Shown here in pieces: positions 31,892-40,830 of a stretch of DNA of 64,000 nucleotides. The position numbers and the translations under genes are program-made. Each line of letters opens with the position of its first letter. The stretch's first letter is position 1. The notes under the pieces are model-generated. The model was given only the letters and a program-made list of their open reading frames with translations. It was not told where the DNA came from and ran no database searches. Source of the stretch: a virus (taxonomy: Duplodnaviria; Caudoviricetes); IMG/VR virus record IMGVR_UViG_3300028635_000004, positions 26,328 to 90,327 of that record; one strand, given 5' to 3'.

Positions 31892-32377
31892 TTAGTCTTT
31901 TTGATTCATGATAATGTCAAATAAAGTACGTATTTCAGGATCACGTTTTATAGGTTTAATCTCTTCTAATACCCTTGCTAATTGATTGTTATCATTGAGC
32001 ATTAAAGAGCCTTCGTTTATAAACATTGGACCTGTTTCAAATGTTTTAAAGAATAGTATATATTCTTTACCATCGGCATCATATAACTCTATATAACCAC
32101 GATAAATATCTCTTGTAGATAAATATTCAACGTTAATGTCAAAATTAACACCTTTTAGTAAAGGTAACATTAATTTTTTAATATCATTTTTATATTCAAC
32201 TATAAGTCTATCGCTTTCAGCTATTATAGAGTCTATAAACATAACAGATGGTGGTGAAGAATAAAGTCTGCTATAAATAAACTTCATTCGTTTTTGACGA
32301 CGATTCATTTTCTTGAGCAGGGCAATTTGCTCTGATAAGAAAATAATACGTTTACAAACTGATTGTTTCTTGCTCAT
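31892..32377 (-). CDS. Hypothetical protein
   Basis: ORF tightly packed in the operon. Confidence 0.55.
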   Translation of the reverse strand: MSKKQSVCKRIIFLSEQIALLKKMNRRQKRMKFIYSRLYSSPPSVMFIDSIIAESDRLIVEYKNDIKKLMLPLLKGVNFDINVEYLSTRDIYRGYIELYDADGKEYILFFKTFETGPMFINEGSLMLNDNNQLARVLEEIKPIKRDPEIRTLFDIIMNQKD

Positions 32378-32533
32378 GATAGTAATTATTTAAAAGAGGT
32401 GTGACGTCTACCCTATGGGTATTAGCCCACATTAATTGTAAATATATCGCCTACAAATAGAAAAGGATGAACTATTTGTATTTAATATAGATACATTAAA
32501 TATAGATTTTTTAAACGTCACACCTAAATATTA

Positions 32534-34609
32534 TTAACTCTTAGGTTCATTTACAAAACCTTTAATGTCTGCTGCAAAAGCAATCTTATTAATGGCATTG
32601 TAAAGTTCACCTACTTGAGCACGTTTATAGCTAGACCTTGCAAAGGACTTTTTATCACGACGTGCTGAATATTGTATTAAATTCGCACATTCGTTACGAA
32701 TAGTCTTTATCTCTTTACCTTTTTCTATCGAGTCTTTAATAAAGTCGACTACAGCATTAATAAATTTCTCTTTATTACTTGCTGCACAGAATACTTTCTG
32801 CCACTCCGCATTTGAATCTACTGCTTCCTCAGTGGTTTCTACAGGATGTAGTTCAGTTTCTGCATCTACTTTGTCATTTTCATCAAGTTTAGGCTCAGTG
32901 TTTAACCAAGCTTGCACTTGTTCGATAGTCCACCGAAGAGGTTCCTTAGAATTTGCAGTTTCATATACTTTATTATCTGCAAACGCGTTAGCAATTAATT
33001 GAAGAACATAAGCATTTTGCTCTTCATTGCCAATATATTTCCTACTTAAGAAATATATATCTTCTAAGTATTTAGCATTTTCAACTTCAGTTTTAATTTC
33101 AGGAAATTTGTCGTCAACAGGAACGTTAGGACCAACGATAACCACAGATTCTTTATTAGATTCGCTTGTGGTTTGTTTGGTAGTTCCTGATTCACCTTGA
33201 AAGGGTTCACCAGCAGCAATATCCAATGTTTTGGTTCTTGGTAATTTAATCTTTGCTTCTTTAATTAAATTATCAAATATTGCTTTTGCTGATTGTAATG
33301 TGATACTGTTAAAGCCTTTTTCGTTTAAAACTTTTTTAAGTTCTACGACTACTGAGCCAGGTTTTACACTTCCTTTAGAAAGTTCTTCACTTTTCTTAAG
33401 AATATTATCCTTATAGAAATCAGAAATTAAAGTATTCTTTAATTCCTTGTTGTCAGCTTCAAACTTTGCTTGTGCTTCAGATTTGTTTTTAACCCTTAAA
33501 TGATAGTCTACAGTATTGGCGAAATATTTATCCCATGCTTTGTCAATATTAGATTCTTTGATATAATCATCAAGTCTTTCTATTGTTTTCTCAGTATTGT
33601 CACTCATAAATTTAATGAAAGCGTCTTTAACTGATTCAACAGTAGCATTGTCCTTCTTAACCTCGCTTTCTACAAACAAGTAGACGTCTCTGTAAGTTAT
33701 ATCATACCAGGGAACTTCTTTAGCATCTTCAATTACACCAGTATCAGAAGACATGCCTTCAACTATTTGGTTGATGTATGTTTCTATTGCTTCATTAGTC
33801 CATTCAATGTCTTCCTTGTCAGCATCTTTATATGCTTTCTTTGAAAGAATGAATGTAGCAAACTCTAAAGCATCGTGTGGTTTATTGTCAATGATAAGAG
33901 ACCTGATGACATCACCTACTTCAGCTAACGTATACCTGTTAATATCAGTTTTGTATTTGTCTTCAAGAGTTTGAATTTCTTCAACAGCTGTTTGAACAGT
34001 TTCTTGGCGTTTGTTCTTGTTACGCCTTAAGTTATTAACTTCTTTTAAGAAGCCATTAATCTTTTTAGCTTCCCATTTTTTAGGATTTTTAGCTTTATAT
34101 AACCCTTGTGAAAGGATATAATGAGCAATTGAACTGGCTTCTTCTTCAGTAAGTTCCATTAAAACTGATTTTAAAGCATTGACGTCAAATTTATTGATAT
34201 ATTCATCAAATGTTTTTTCTTCGTCTTTAACAACTCTCAAATTAGTTTTTGAAGGGTCTTCCTTAGGAATTATAGCCAATGCGTCTTCCTTTTTAGGAGG
34301 TTGATGGACCATTGTTGTTGATTCATCTTTTTCTGTAGTGACCCCTGTAGTTACATCAGAATTAGTAATGTTATAAACACTAATTGTAGTGTCAATTGCC
34401 TTTTCTAATATATTGTAGAGGTTCTCAATATTTTTCCTGCACCTTTCTTGCTCTTTGGGATGGGCAAGTTGTTTTCTCTTTTCCCATATATCAATAGCAA
34501 GATTGATTTTGGTTGGATCAGTAAGTAATATTTCCTTTAAAACATTAACTTCCTGGTCAACCATGTCTTTTACGACTTCAAGATGAATTAAGTTTTTCGC
34601 TGTATTCAT
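32534..34609 (-). CDS. Large acidic hypothetical protein (691 aa)
   Basis: Long E/K-rich ORF with no recognised motif. Confidence 0.7.
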   Translation of the reverse strand: MNTAKNLIHLEVVKDMVDQEVNVLKEILLTDPTKINLAIDIWEKRKQLAHPKEQERCRKNIENLYNILEKAIDTTISVYNITNSDVTTGVTTEKDESTTMVHQPPKKEDALAIIPKEDPSKTNLRVVKDEEKTFDEYINKFDVNALKSVLMELTEEEASSIAHYILSQGLYKAKNPKKWEAKKINGFLKEVNNLRRNKNKRQETVQTAVEEIQTLEDKYKTDINRYTLAEVGDVIRSLIIDNKPHDALEFATFILSKKAYKDADKEDIEWTNEAIETYINQIVEGMSSDTGVIEDAKEVPWYDITYRDVYLFVESEVKKDNATVESVKDAFIKFMSDNTEKTIERLDDYIKESNIDKAWDKYFANTVDYHLRVKNKSEAQAKFEADNKELKNTLISDFYKDNILKKSEELSKGSVKPGSVVVELKKVLNEKGFNSITLQSAKAIFDNLIKEAKIKLPRTKTLDIAAGEPFQGESGTTKQTTSESNKESVVIVGPNVPVDDKFPEIKTEVENAKYLEDIYFLSRKYIGNEEQNAYVLQLIANAFADNKVYETANSKEPLRWTIEQVQAWLNTEPKLDENDKVDAETELHPVETTEEAVDSNAEWQKVFCAASNKEKFINAVVDFIKDSIEKGKEIKTIRNECANLIQYSARRDKKSFARSSYKRAQVGELYNAINKIAFAADIKGFVNEPKS

Positions 34610-34633
34610 ATTTGATTGTGTTTTTAATTGAAT

Positions 34634-35212
34634 TTACCAAAGCAAACCTTTGTCTTCAAGTGCTTTTACATAGTTATATGCACCTTTTAGACTAGCAATA
34701 CGAGCTCTTTCAAGTTTCTCTTGTTGCTTTTTGGTTAGCATTGCAGTGTTTCTGATGTTACGGTAAAATTGTATATCTTTACCAATACTCAGAATTAAAT
34801 GATCATAGAACATTGGTGATACGCGTAATTCTTCACCGTTTTCGTCAACAACTATAAGTTTCATAACATCCTTAGGATGATAGTTGACTCTGGTATTTCG
34901 TTTGTTGCCAGTTTTCCTGTGACGAACCTGCACAAGTTGCCTACCACGTTCACCTTTCGACCAAATAACATCTTCAACAATACCAACACCACGTCTGGTA
35001 AAAACTACTTCACCTTTACGGTAACGAAATGTCTTAGTTTTTTCGTCCCATATTGATACAGCTTTAATCCTGCCAGTCTGAGTTGGTTTGTTGTTTTCTT
35101 CTATTTTGTCGAGTAAGTCTCTTAAAACGTTTGCGATACGTTTTTTTGTTGTCACTACTAACATTTTTTGTCTTTGATTTACGTTTAATCTTGATTTTCG
35201 GAGGAGTGTCAT
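34634..35212 (-). CDS. Basic hypothetical protein
   Basis: ORF; start uncertain because it overlaps 35064-35255. Confidence 0.55.
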   Translation of the reverse strand: MTLLRKSRLNVNQRQKMLVVTTKKRIANVLRDLLDKIEENNKPTQTGRIKAVSIWDEKTKTFRYRKGEVVFTRRGVGIVEDVIWSKGERGRQLVQVRHRKTGNKRNTRVNYHPKDVMKLIVVDENGEELRVSPMFYDHLILSIGKDIQFYRNIRNTAMLTKKQQEKLERARIASLKGAYNYVKALEDKGLLW

Positions 35213-35255
35213 CTCCCAATGACATTAAATCCTCATTAGCTAAATTTTTACTCAT
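35064..35255 (-). CDS. Small K/R-rich protein
   Basis: ORF directly downstream of the tRNA cluster; overlaps the next ORF by ~150 nt. Confidence 0.35.
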   Translation of the reverse strand: MSKNLANEDLMSLGDDTPPKIKIKRKSKTKNVSSDNKKTYRKRFKRLTRQNRRKQQTNSDWQD

Positions 35256-35283
35256 TATATTTCACTTTAGGGTTAGTGATTTG

Positions 35284-35356
35284 TGACTCAATTAGGATTT
35301 GAACCTAAGACCCCATCATTAAAAGTGATGTGCTCTACCAACTGAGCTATTGAGTC
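35284..35356 (-). tRNA. trnK: tRNA-Lys(UUU)
   Basis: GACTCAA acceptor; AGCTCAGTTGGTAGAGC D-arm; CATCA-CTTTTAA-TGATG anticodon arm; TTCAAAT T-loop; CCA not encoded. Confidence 0.92.
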
Positions 35357-35360
35357 AAAG

Positions 35361-35433
35361 TTGACCCGCCTGGACTCGAACCAGGACTCTGCGGAACCAA
35401 AATCCGTTGTGTTACCAGTTACACTACAGGTCA
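35361..35433 (-). tRNA. trnQ: tRNA-Gln(UUG)
   Basis: TGACCTG/CGGGTCA acceptor; TTTTGGT anticodon loop; CCTGG-TTCGAGT-CCAGG T-arm. Confidence 0.9.
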
Positions 35434-35443
35434 AATAGGATTG

Positions 35444-35527
35444 TACCTAGGGCGGGACTTGAACCCGCACGACCTTTGGGCCAATACATTTTAAGTGTAT
35501 CATGTCTACCTATTCCATCACCTAGGC
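35444..35527 (-). tRNA. trnL: tRNA-Leu(UAA)
   Basis: GCCTAGG acceptor; ATACA-CTTAAAA-TGTAT anticodon arm; long variable arm; GCGGG-TTCAAGT-CCCGC T-arm. Confidence 0.92.
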
Positions 35528-35637
35528 AACATAACTATATATAATTACTTACTAATATTAATAGTAGTAAAAGTATAGTCATTGGGGCACATACTACAAA
35601 TAGTGTAAATAAACCGTCTTGTGGGTCTTTATTTTGG

Positions 35638-36180
35638 TTATAGTACCTGTTCATGTTGTCGCATTATTTTTTTAGCTTTTTTGCGACCATGCTTCTTACA
35701 TAAGTTTTTTACATATTTTGAAGTATGAGTACGCCTTGAAGGTGAAGAATAGATACACATAGATGTACCTTTACTTTTTAAGCACTTAAGTAGTTCATAC
35801 TCAGTGATGGGTTTTTTCTTTGCTTTGTCAATGTAGTCTAAAGCTAACTTTGCTGTATTAATAATTTCACTTTTTGTGAAATCATCAATATTGGTAAGTT
35901 TGCTTATTTCAGACTTTGTGTCTTTCAACATATTGAGCTGAGCAAGACTCATAAGTGTAGTATGAACCATTGACCTGTTATGGGATTCTTGTAGTGGTAA
36001 CCGCCTGGCAAGCCCAAACGGCCATTGTGTTTTTTTGTTATTACCCATGCCATCAAGGTGCTCAATTTTATGAATACCCTGCATAGCATTAATTTTAGCA
36101 ATTGCCCTATTATAAAGTTTCATTGCTTTTGGGTTACCTTGTATAGCAGCCAAGGTTGCTGGTAGTTTTTCCTTTTTCAT
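35638..36180 (-). CDS. Basic hypothetical protein
   Basis: ORF directly downstream of the sigma factor gene. Confidence 0.55.
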   Translation of the reverse strand: MKKEKLPATLAAIQGNPKAMKLYNRAIAKINAMQGIHKIEHLDGMGNNKKTQWPFGLARRLPLQESHNRSMVHTTLMSLAQLNMLKDTKSEISKLTNIDDFTKSEIINTAKLALDYIDKAKKKPITEYELLKCLKSKGTSMCIYSSPSRRTHTSKYVKNLCKKHGRKKAKKIMRQHEQVL

Positions 36181-36192
36181 TCCTTTTTTTGA

Positions 36193-36789
36193 TTATTTTA
36201 GGTTTTTATTATCCTTCATTAAATTGTATAATGTACGTCTTGCCCTAAATAAACCAGTTTTAATTGTACCAATTGGTTTATTGAGTTGCTCAGCTATTTC
36301 TTCATATGATAAATCTTGAAAATACTTCATATGAATAAGTGTTTTATGAAATGGCTTAAGCGTTTCAATCTCATTACCCACAATATGCCTTATGTCTGAA
36401 GAAATCATTTTATCTTCAGCTGTTAAGTCTGTACATATTATAGGTGTGGTAAAATCGTCTTCAACTGATACTAAATTATTAGCAGATGTTGGTTGTTTAT
36501 TACGCGCACGTACAAAATCAATTGCCTTGTTTTGACCTATTGTATGCAACCATGTACTAAAAGCGTACTTTGGTGAGTAGCTTGATAAAGACTCATATGC
36601 TTTTATGAATACTTCTGCAGCTATATCTTCAGCATCTACAGCATTACCTACTACCCGATACACAACCCAATATAGTGAATCTTTGTACCTGTTAACCAAT
36701 GTAGTAAATGAAGAGTTAACCCCGTTTAATGTTTCAGTTATGAGGTCCATATCTGTTTTCTCACTATTTGGTTTAGTCATATTTTTCAA
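36193..36789 (-). CDS. ECF-family RNA polymerase sigma factor (RpoE/SigW-like)
   Basis: Region 2: DAEDIAAEVFIKAY..FSTWLHTIGQNKAIDFVR. Region 4: YFQDLSYEEIAEQLNKPIGTIKTGLFRARRTL. 198 aa. Confidence 0.92.
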   Translation of the reverse strand: MKNMTKPNSEKTDMDLITETLNGVNSSFTTLVNRYKDSLYWVVYRVVGNAVDAEDIAAEVFIKAYESLSSYSPKYAFSTWLHTIGQNKAIDFVRARNKQPTSANNLVSVEDDFTTPIICTDLTAEDKMISSDIRHIVGNEIETLKPFHKTLIHMKYFQDLSYEEIAEQLNKPIGTIKTGLFRARRTLYNLMKDNKNLK

Positions 36790-37021
36790 ATGTTACTTTG
36801 TAAATTCTGTAATTAACATAATCAATTGTATATATACCGTAACCTTGATTATGCAAAGTATTTAAAATAGCTGTGGGTGTAGTAGTTGGCACATATATTT
36901 CAGTTTTACCAATTAAACTGGCTTCTGCTATTTTTTGCAGTATAATATCATATTCTCGTTTGTAATATGATAATGCCCTACTCCTTGCATTTAACGGTGT
37001 AATTTCAAATGGCCTAATCAT
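36773..37021 (-). CDS. Hypothetical protein
   Basis: Small ORF overlapping the sigma gene start. Confidence 0.5.
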   Translation of the reverse strand: MIRPFEITPLNARSRALSYYKREYDIILQKIAEASLIGKTEIYVPTTTPTAILNTLHNQGYGIYTIDYVNYRIYKVTFEKYD

Positions 37022-37040
37022 AGTTTTAGTGTATTAAATA

Positions 37041-37295
37041 TTACCTTTCGAGGTCACGTATAAATGTAACAATTTCATACATAATATCACTGAGTTTATC
37101 AGCATGATGCTCAGATAATTTAGGCTCCATTCTACCGCTTTTCATATCTTCTATGGTACGGTCAATGTTTTTGTATACATGATGGTGCAGACTACTTATT
37201 TCTCGTGTGTTAAAGTTGTCGTAGTCTTTAATGAAGTTTAACTCAACACGTATAACTTCAAGTACTTCCTTTTGTAATTTTGTTAGCTTAAGCAT
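37041..37295 (-). CDS. Hypothetical protein
   Basis: Small ORF in operon orientation. Confidence 0.5.
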   Translation of the reverse strand: MLKLTKLQKEVLEVIRVELNFIKDYDNFNTREISSLHHHVYKNIDRTIEDMKSGRMEPKLSEHHADKLSDIMYEIVTFIRDLER

Positions 37296-37766
37296 TTTGA
37301 TGTGTTTTAAGTATTAGTTGCCTTAATTGGTTGCGAGCCAATATATACTAATGCTAATATTAGTTCTAGACGTTATGGCATTTCTAATATAACGGGTAGT
37401 TACCCCCGCCAAAAGACGCTTTCGAACCACAAACTAATAAAGCAATACATGTTTTTACTATTAAACTATAAGGCAAGTCCTTTAATATACTGCTGTTGAG
37501 GGTACAGTATAATAACAAACGACACATAAGTGCCTTTGCGCATTAATATATTTTGAGCCCAACGTTAGAATCATAAGTATATTAATGTTTGTTTATTTTT
37601 TTAAAGTTGTCAACGTTATCATATAAATTATATTATAACTAGTATTTTGAAAATATAATTTATATTAATAATCAAATTGTTGGCACTGAGTCACCCCAAC
37701 CTGAGTTTATAGTTTTAACTTTCCCCAACAAAAGCAAAACCCCATTGATGGATAATTTTGGGTTTC

Positions 37767-38735
37767 CTACTTAAAGAAGCTTGCAAAATTATCAACACCA
37801 ATAGCTAACTGGCCAATTTTGTCAATGTAATTTAAAAACCTTTTTGTTAATCTGTTGCAGTCGATTATGTACTGTATAATTTCAGTGTAATCAAATGTAC
37901 AATTACCTAACCTGTATTCAAGTGTAAAGTCGTTATTGTTAAGATGTCGAAAATTAACCCAATTGAATTTACCACAATTAGGTACGATACCGTGTTGTCT
38001 ACGTTGTAACTTAGCGGAATCAAGAGTAAGTGTTTTAAAATATTTTAATTCTGCTAATTTATAAACATTCAATGGGGGTAAACTTTCAAAACCTATATTG
38101 CGAACATTACCAATTACATAACCACCATATATAAAACGTCTGTCTACTACATGCTTACTTATACCCCTTTTAAAATCGAAGTTATGTGTAGTTGGTACCC
38201 AATTGAATATCTTACCAGCTTCTGTTAGGAAGTTGTCAACAGTTTTACAGATTTGTGAGTTACCACTATTAGCAATTATCATTATACCAAGACACCTATA
38301 TAACTTATTACTATAAGCTTTCTTCATCCAATTTGTAATGTTAATATGGATATGAAGTGAGCCATTTGTAGCTGTACCTGATATTGACTTTAATGTTTTA
38401 AGTGCTTTATATAACACTATTAAGTCATTTATTTTAGGAGCAATAGATATTTTAGTTTCTATTACACCGTTATTGTCTAAAAAGTCACAATCATAATCAA
38501 TAATTTGTGGTTTTTTTTCAGAAGAATGATTGTGTCGTATAGACAATATTGCGTTATGGTACTTTGGTGTAGACACAGGCATGTGCTCAATTTCAATTGA
38601 AGACCTGTATGGTATTAAACGCGTGATGATTCGCCCAATTAATGCATTATTAGCATTTGATTGAGACTTCAACTTAGGTAAAAGGTAAGGGACAGTTAAT
38701 ACTGCCCCCTTAATCCTTTGTGTGTAACCAGGCAT
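37767..38735 (-). CDS. Putative amidoligase-like (COOH-NH2 ligase) protein
   Basis: IEIE..IETK..NGSLHIHI..WVNF..TLEYR motif order. Confidence 0.55.
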   Translation of the reverse strand: MPGYTQRIKGAVLTVPYLLPKLKSQSNANNALIGRIITRLIPYRSSIEIEHMPVSTPKYHNAILSIRHNHSSEKKPQIIDYDCDFLDNNGVIETKISIAPKINDLIVLYKALKTLKSISGTATNGSLHIHINITNWMKKAYSNKLYRCLGIMIIANSGNSQICKTVDNFLTEAGKIFNWVPTTHNFDFKRGISKHVVDRRFIYGGYVIGNVRNIGFESLPPLNVYKLAELKYFKTLTLDSAKLQRRQHGIVPNCGKFNWVNFRHLNNNDFTLEYRLGNCTFDYTEIIQYIIDCNRLTKRFLNYIDKIGQLAIGVDNFASFFK

Positions 38736-38740
38736 ACCTA

Positions 38741-38941
38741 CTATTTTAAAGTAGGTTCTGTTCTTGATGGTGATTTAGCAGCACGCTCAGCTTTCTTTGC
38801 AAGCTTTTTGGCAGCTAATATTGCCTCAATCATGTCTGCTTTTAACATTCTTGCAGGTAATGCAAGGCCATACTCATTGCGCGCATAAGTAACCAGGTCA
38901 GCCTTGGTCATTTTTTCAAGTGTTTTTGCTGTCTTTGTCAT
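38741..38941 (-). CDS. Small Rho-N/HeH-like nucleic-acid-binding protein
   Basis: LEKMTKADL..A..GL..KADMIEAIL pattern. Confidence 0.5.
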   Translation of the reverse strand: MTKTAKTLEKMTKADLVTYARNEYGLALPARMLKADMIEAILAAKKLAKKAERAAKSPSRTEPTLK

Positions 38942-39166
38942 TTGATTAAGTGTTTAGTTAGACATATGTTAATTGAAAGTAAATGCAAAAGAAAAAGGGG
39001 ACACATTGAACATTATGTCACAATAAAGACAGTGTAACACCCAATCACTGACTTAAGGTGTCCCCTAATTACAAATAAAAAAATAAGGTGATTGAGCCAG
39101 GAGTGCATTTATAAAAACTCAAGAACTCACTGCTATGGATATAGCACTCCTGACTCAATGTATTAG

Positions 39167-39238
39167 TTGCGGTGGTGGGATTTGAACCCACGACCTTCAG
39201 GTTATGAGCCTGACGAGCTGCCGCTGCTCCACACCGCG
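39167..39238 (-). tRNA. trnM: tRNA-Met(CAU), initiator-like
   Basis: CGCGGTG/CACCGCA acceptor with C1xA72 mismatch; A11-U24; TCAGG-CTCATAA-CCTGA anticodon arm; TTCAAAT T-loop. Confidence 0.9.
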
Positions 39239-39414
39239 AATGATGTATAGATGACTTTTGTGGGACTAAGCTGGTTTGAACTTATAATGTATAAGACATT
39301 ATAAGGCACCCCTTTCCATTGCCAGCATCCACCACTGTGGCTAGGCCTGACCTACTTGATTATTTAGTCCCTAAGGGGAGTAAGGGGACTATGCCCCTTA
39401 CCCTATTTCTTACA

Positions 39415-40158
39415 CTAGATATCTGTATCATCGGCTACAGTATCATCGGTTGTTTCAATAACTTCCTGTTCTGGCTCAGGATGTTCGTCAATAGATGTGT
39501 TTTGTACAGCGTTGCCTGGGTCTTCGGTAGTAGTTTTTATTTCTACTTTTTCTGAAGCTTTCAGCACAGCTTCAATAGCACGTGCTATATAAACATCGGG
39601 ATTTTCACATTCTCTGCCAAATAAAAATACTTGGCCAGTAGTGGTAGTAACGGGTAATTCTACAATAGAACCGTCCTTAGCATACTGCCTTGCTTTGAAC
39701 TTGACAAGTTTATGACTTTTTGGGTCACGATTCATCCTGTATACTGCATAAGGCAGTTTAAAGTCAACGATGTTACCCGGAATTGCCATATTTATGAGGG
39801 TGATGGACATACTTGTCTTATCACCTTCGTCTTTAATATAGGTGGGATTAGCTTCTTTGTGAGCTTTAATTTCACGTAGAATTGCCCCAAAAAGTTCAGG
39901 ATGTTGGCGTTCAAAACAGTTGAATGTGAATGGCTTCATTTGTGGATTAGGCACATTTACTGTCCTACCATCTTTCAATCTGACAGTTCTGTTTGCGTCT
40001 TCTGTTAGCCTTAAGTGAAAGAATGAACGACGCTTGTCAGCATCACCGCCAAATATGAAACCAGCTGGTATGTTGGCATCACGCATAAATTTTGGTTTGT
40101 CAGGGTCGTCTTTACGAGGAGCACCGACAACTGTTACGATATAATTTTTTTGTTCCAT
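39415..40158 (-). CDS. Hypothetical protein with acidic tail (possible ssDNA-binding protein)
   Basis: beta-rich sequence; C-terminus DDTVADDTDI. Confidence 0.55.
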   Translation of the reverse strand: MEQKNYIVTVVGAPRKDDPDKPKFMRDANIPAGFIFGGDADKRRSFFHLRLTEDANRTVRLKDGRTVNVPNPQMKPFTFNCFERQHPELFGAILREIKAHKEANPTYIKDEGDKTSMSITLINMAIPGNIVDFKLPYAVYRMNRDPKSHKLVKFKARQYAKDGSIVELPVTTTTGQVFLFGRECENPDVYIARAIEAVLKASEKVEIKTTTEDPGNAVQNTSIDEHPEPEQEVIETTDDTVADDTDI

Positions 40159-40219
40159 GAGATAAAATGATTATTTGTTTATTCTGTGTTGTTTGAATTG
40201 CAATAATATGACCTTGTGG

Positions 40220-40390
40220 TCACTTTTTCGTTATTGGATGCTTGTTAATGTCAGCCAATGTTAGTTCGTTGCTTGTAAGCCAATCAGGAGCTGGTGGCTT
40301 GAGTGGCTTTGATGATATAGGCCTTTGTGGATTGCCAATAAATATTTTAAACTTGGCAAGACCTGTTGAATGTTCACCGTACCTGCTCAT
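40220..40390 (-). CDS. Small protein (56 aa, MSRYGEHSTG..PITKK), not in the ORF track
   Basis: ATGA overlap with the stop codon of 40387-40830; open frame to TGA at 40220. Confidence 0.45.
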   Translation of the reverse strand: MSRYGEHSTGLAKFKIFIGNPQRPISSKPLKPPAPDWLTSNELTLADINKHPITKK

Positions 40391-40830
40391 ATAAAATTTG
40401 TTACTGTATGTTTTTGAGCTGGTGTATTTGGTTCGTCAATGTCATATACGTATTTGGTATAGTCAATAAATATTGGTGTATAACCAGCGTCTTTAAGACA
40501 TTGAGCATATGCTTTGGCTATTTTATATGTGCGGAAATATTCTACACGCCAATAACCGTTGAATATAAATGATACAGCAGCTGTGTAAATTTCACATAGC
40601 ATTGGTGTAGGTCTTTGTTCAACCTTTGCGGGTTTATATTGACCTGACATGGCAATTGCAAATATCAGTGTGAATGAAAAACTTAATATTAACCATGCTG
40701 ATAATGCAACAAGTGTGAGAGTCGCGGCATTTGGTATTGCTATGAAAAAGCATATCAGTGATGCCAGTAAGTTAAGCATTGCAATACTTAATGCAATACG
40801 ATTCCTTTTGTAAAATTCTGATGGTGTCAT
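40387..40830 (-). CDS. Membrane protein (two N-terminal TM helices)
   Basis: Two long hydrophobic segments. Confidence 0.6.
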   Translation of the reverse strand: MTPSEFYKRNRIALSIAMLNLLASLICFFIAIPNAATLTLVALSAWLILSFSFTLIFAIAMSGQYKPAKVEQRPTPMLCEIYTAAVSFIFNGYWRVEYFRTYKIAKAYAQCLKDAGYTPIFIDYTKYVYDIDEPNTPAQKHTVTNFI

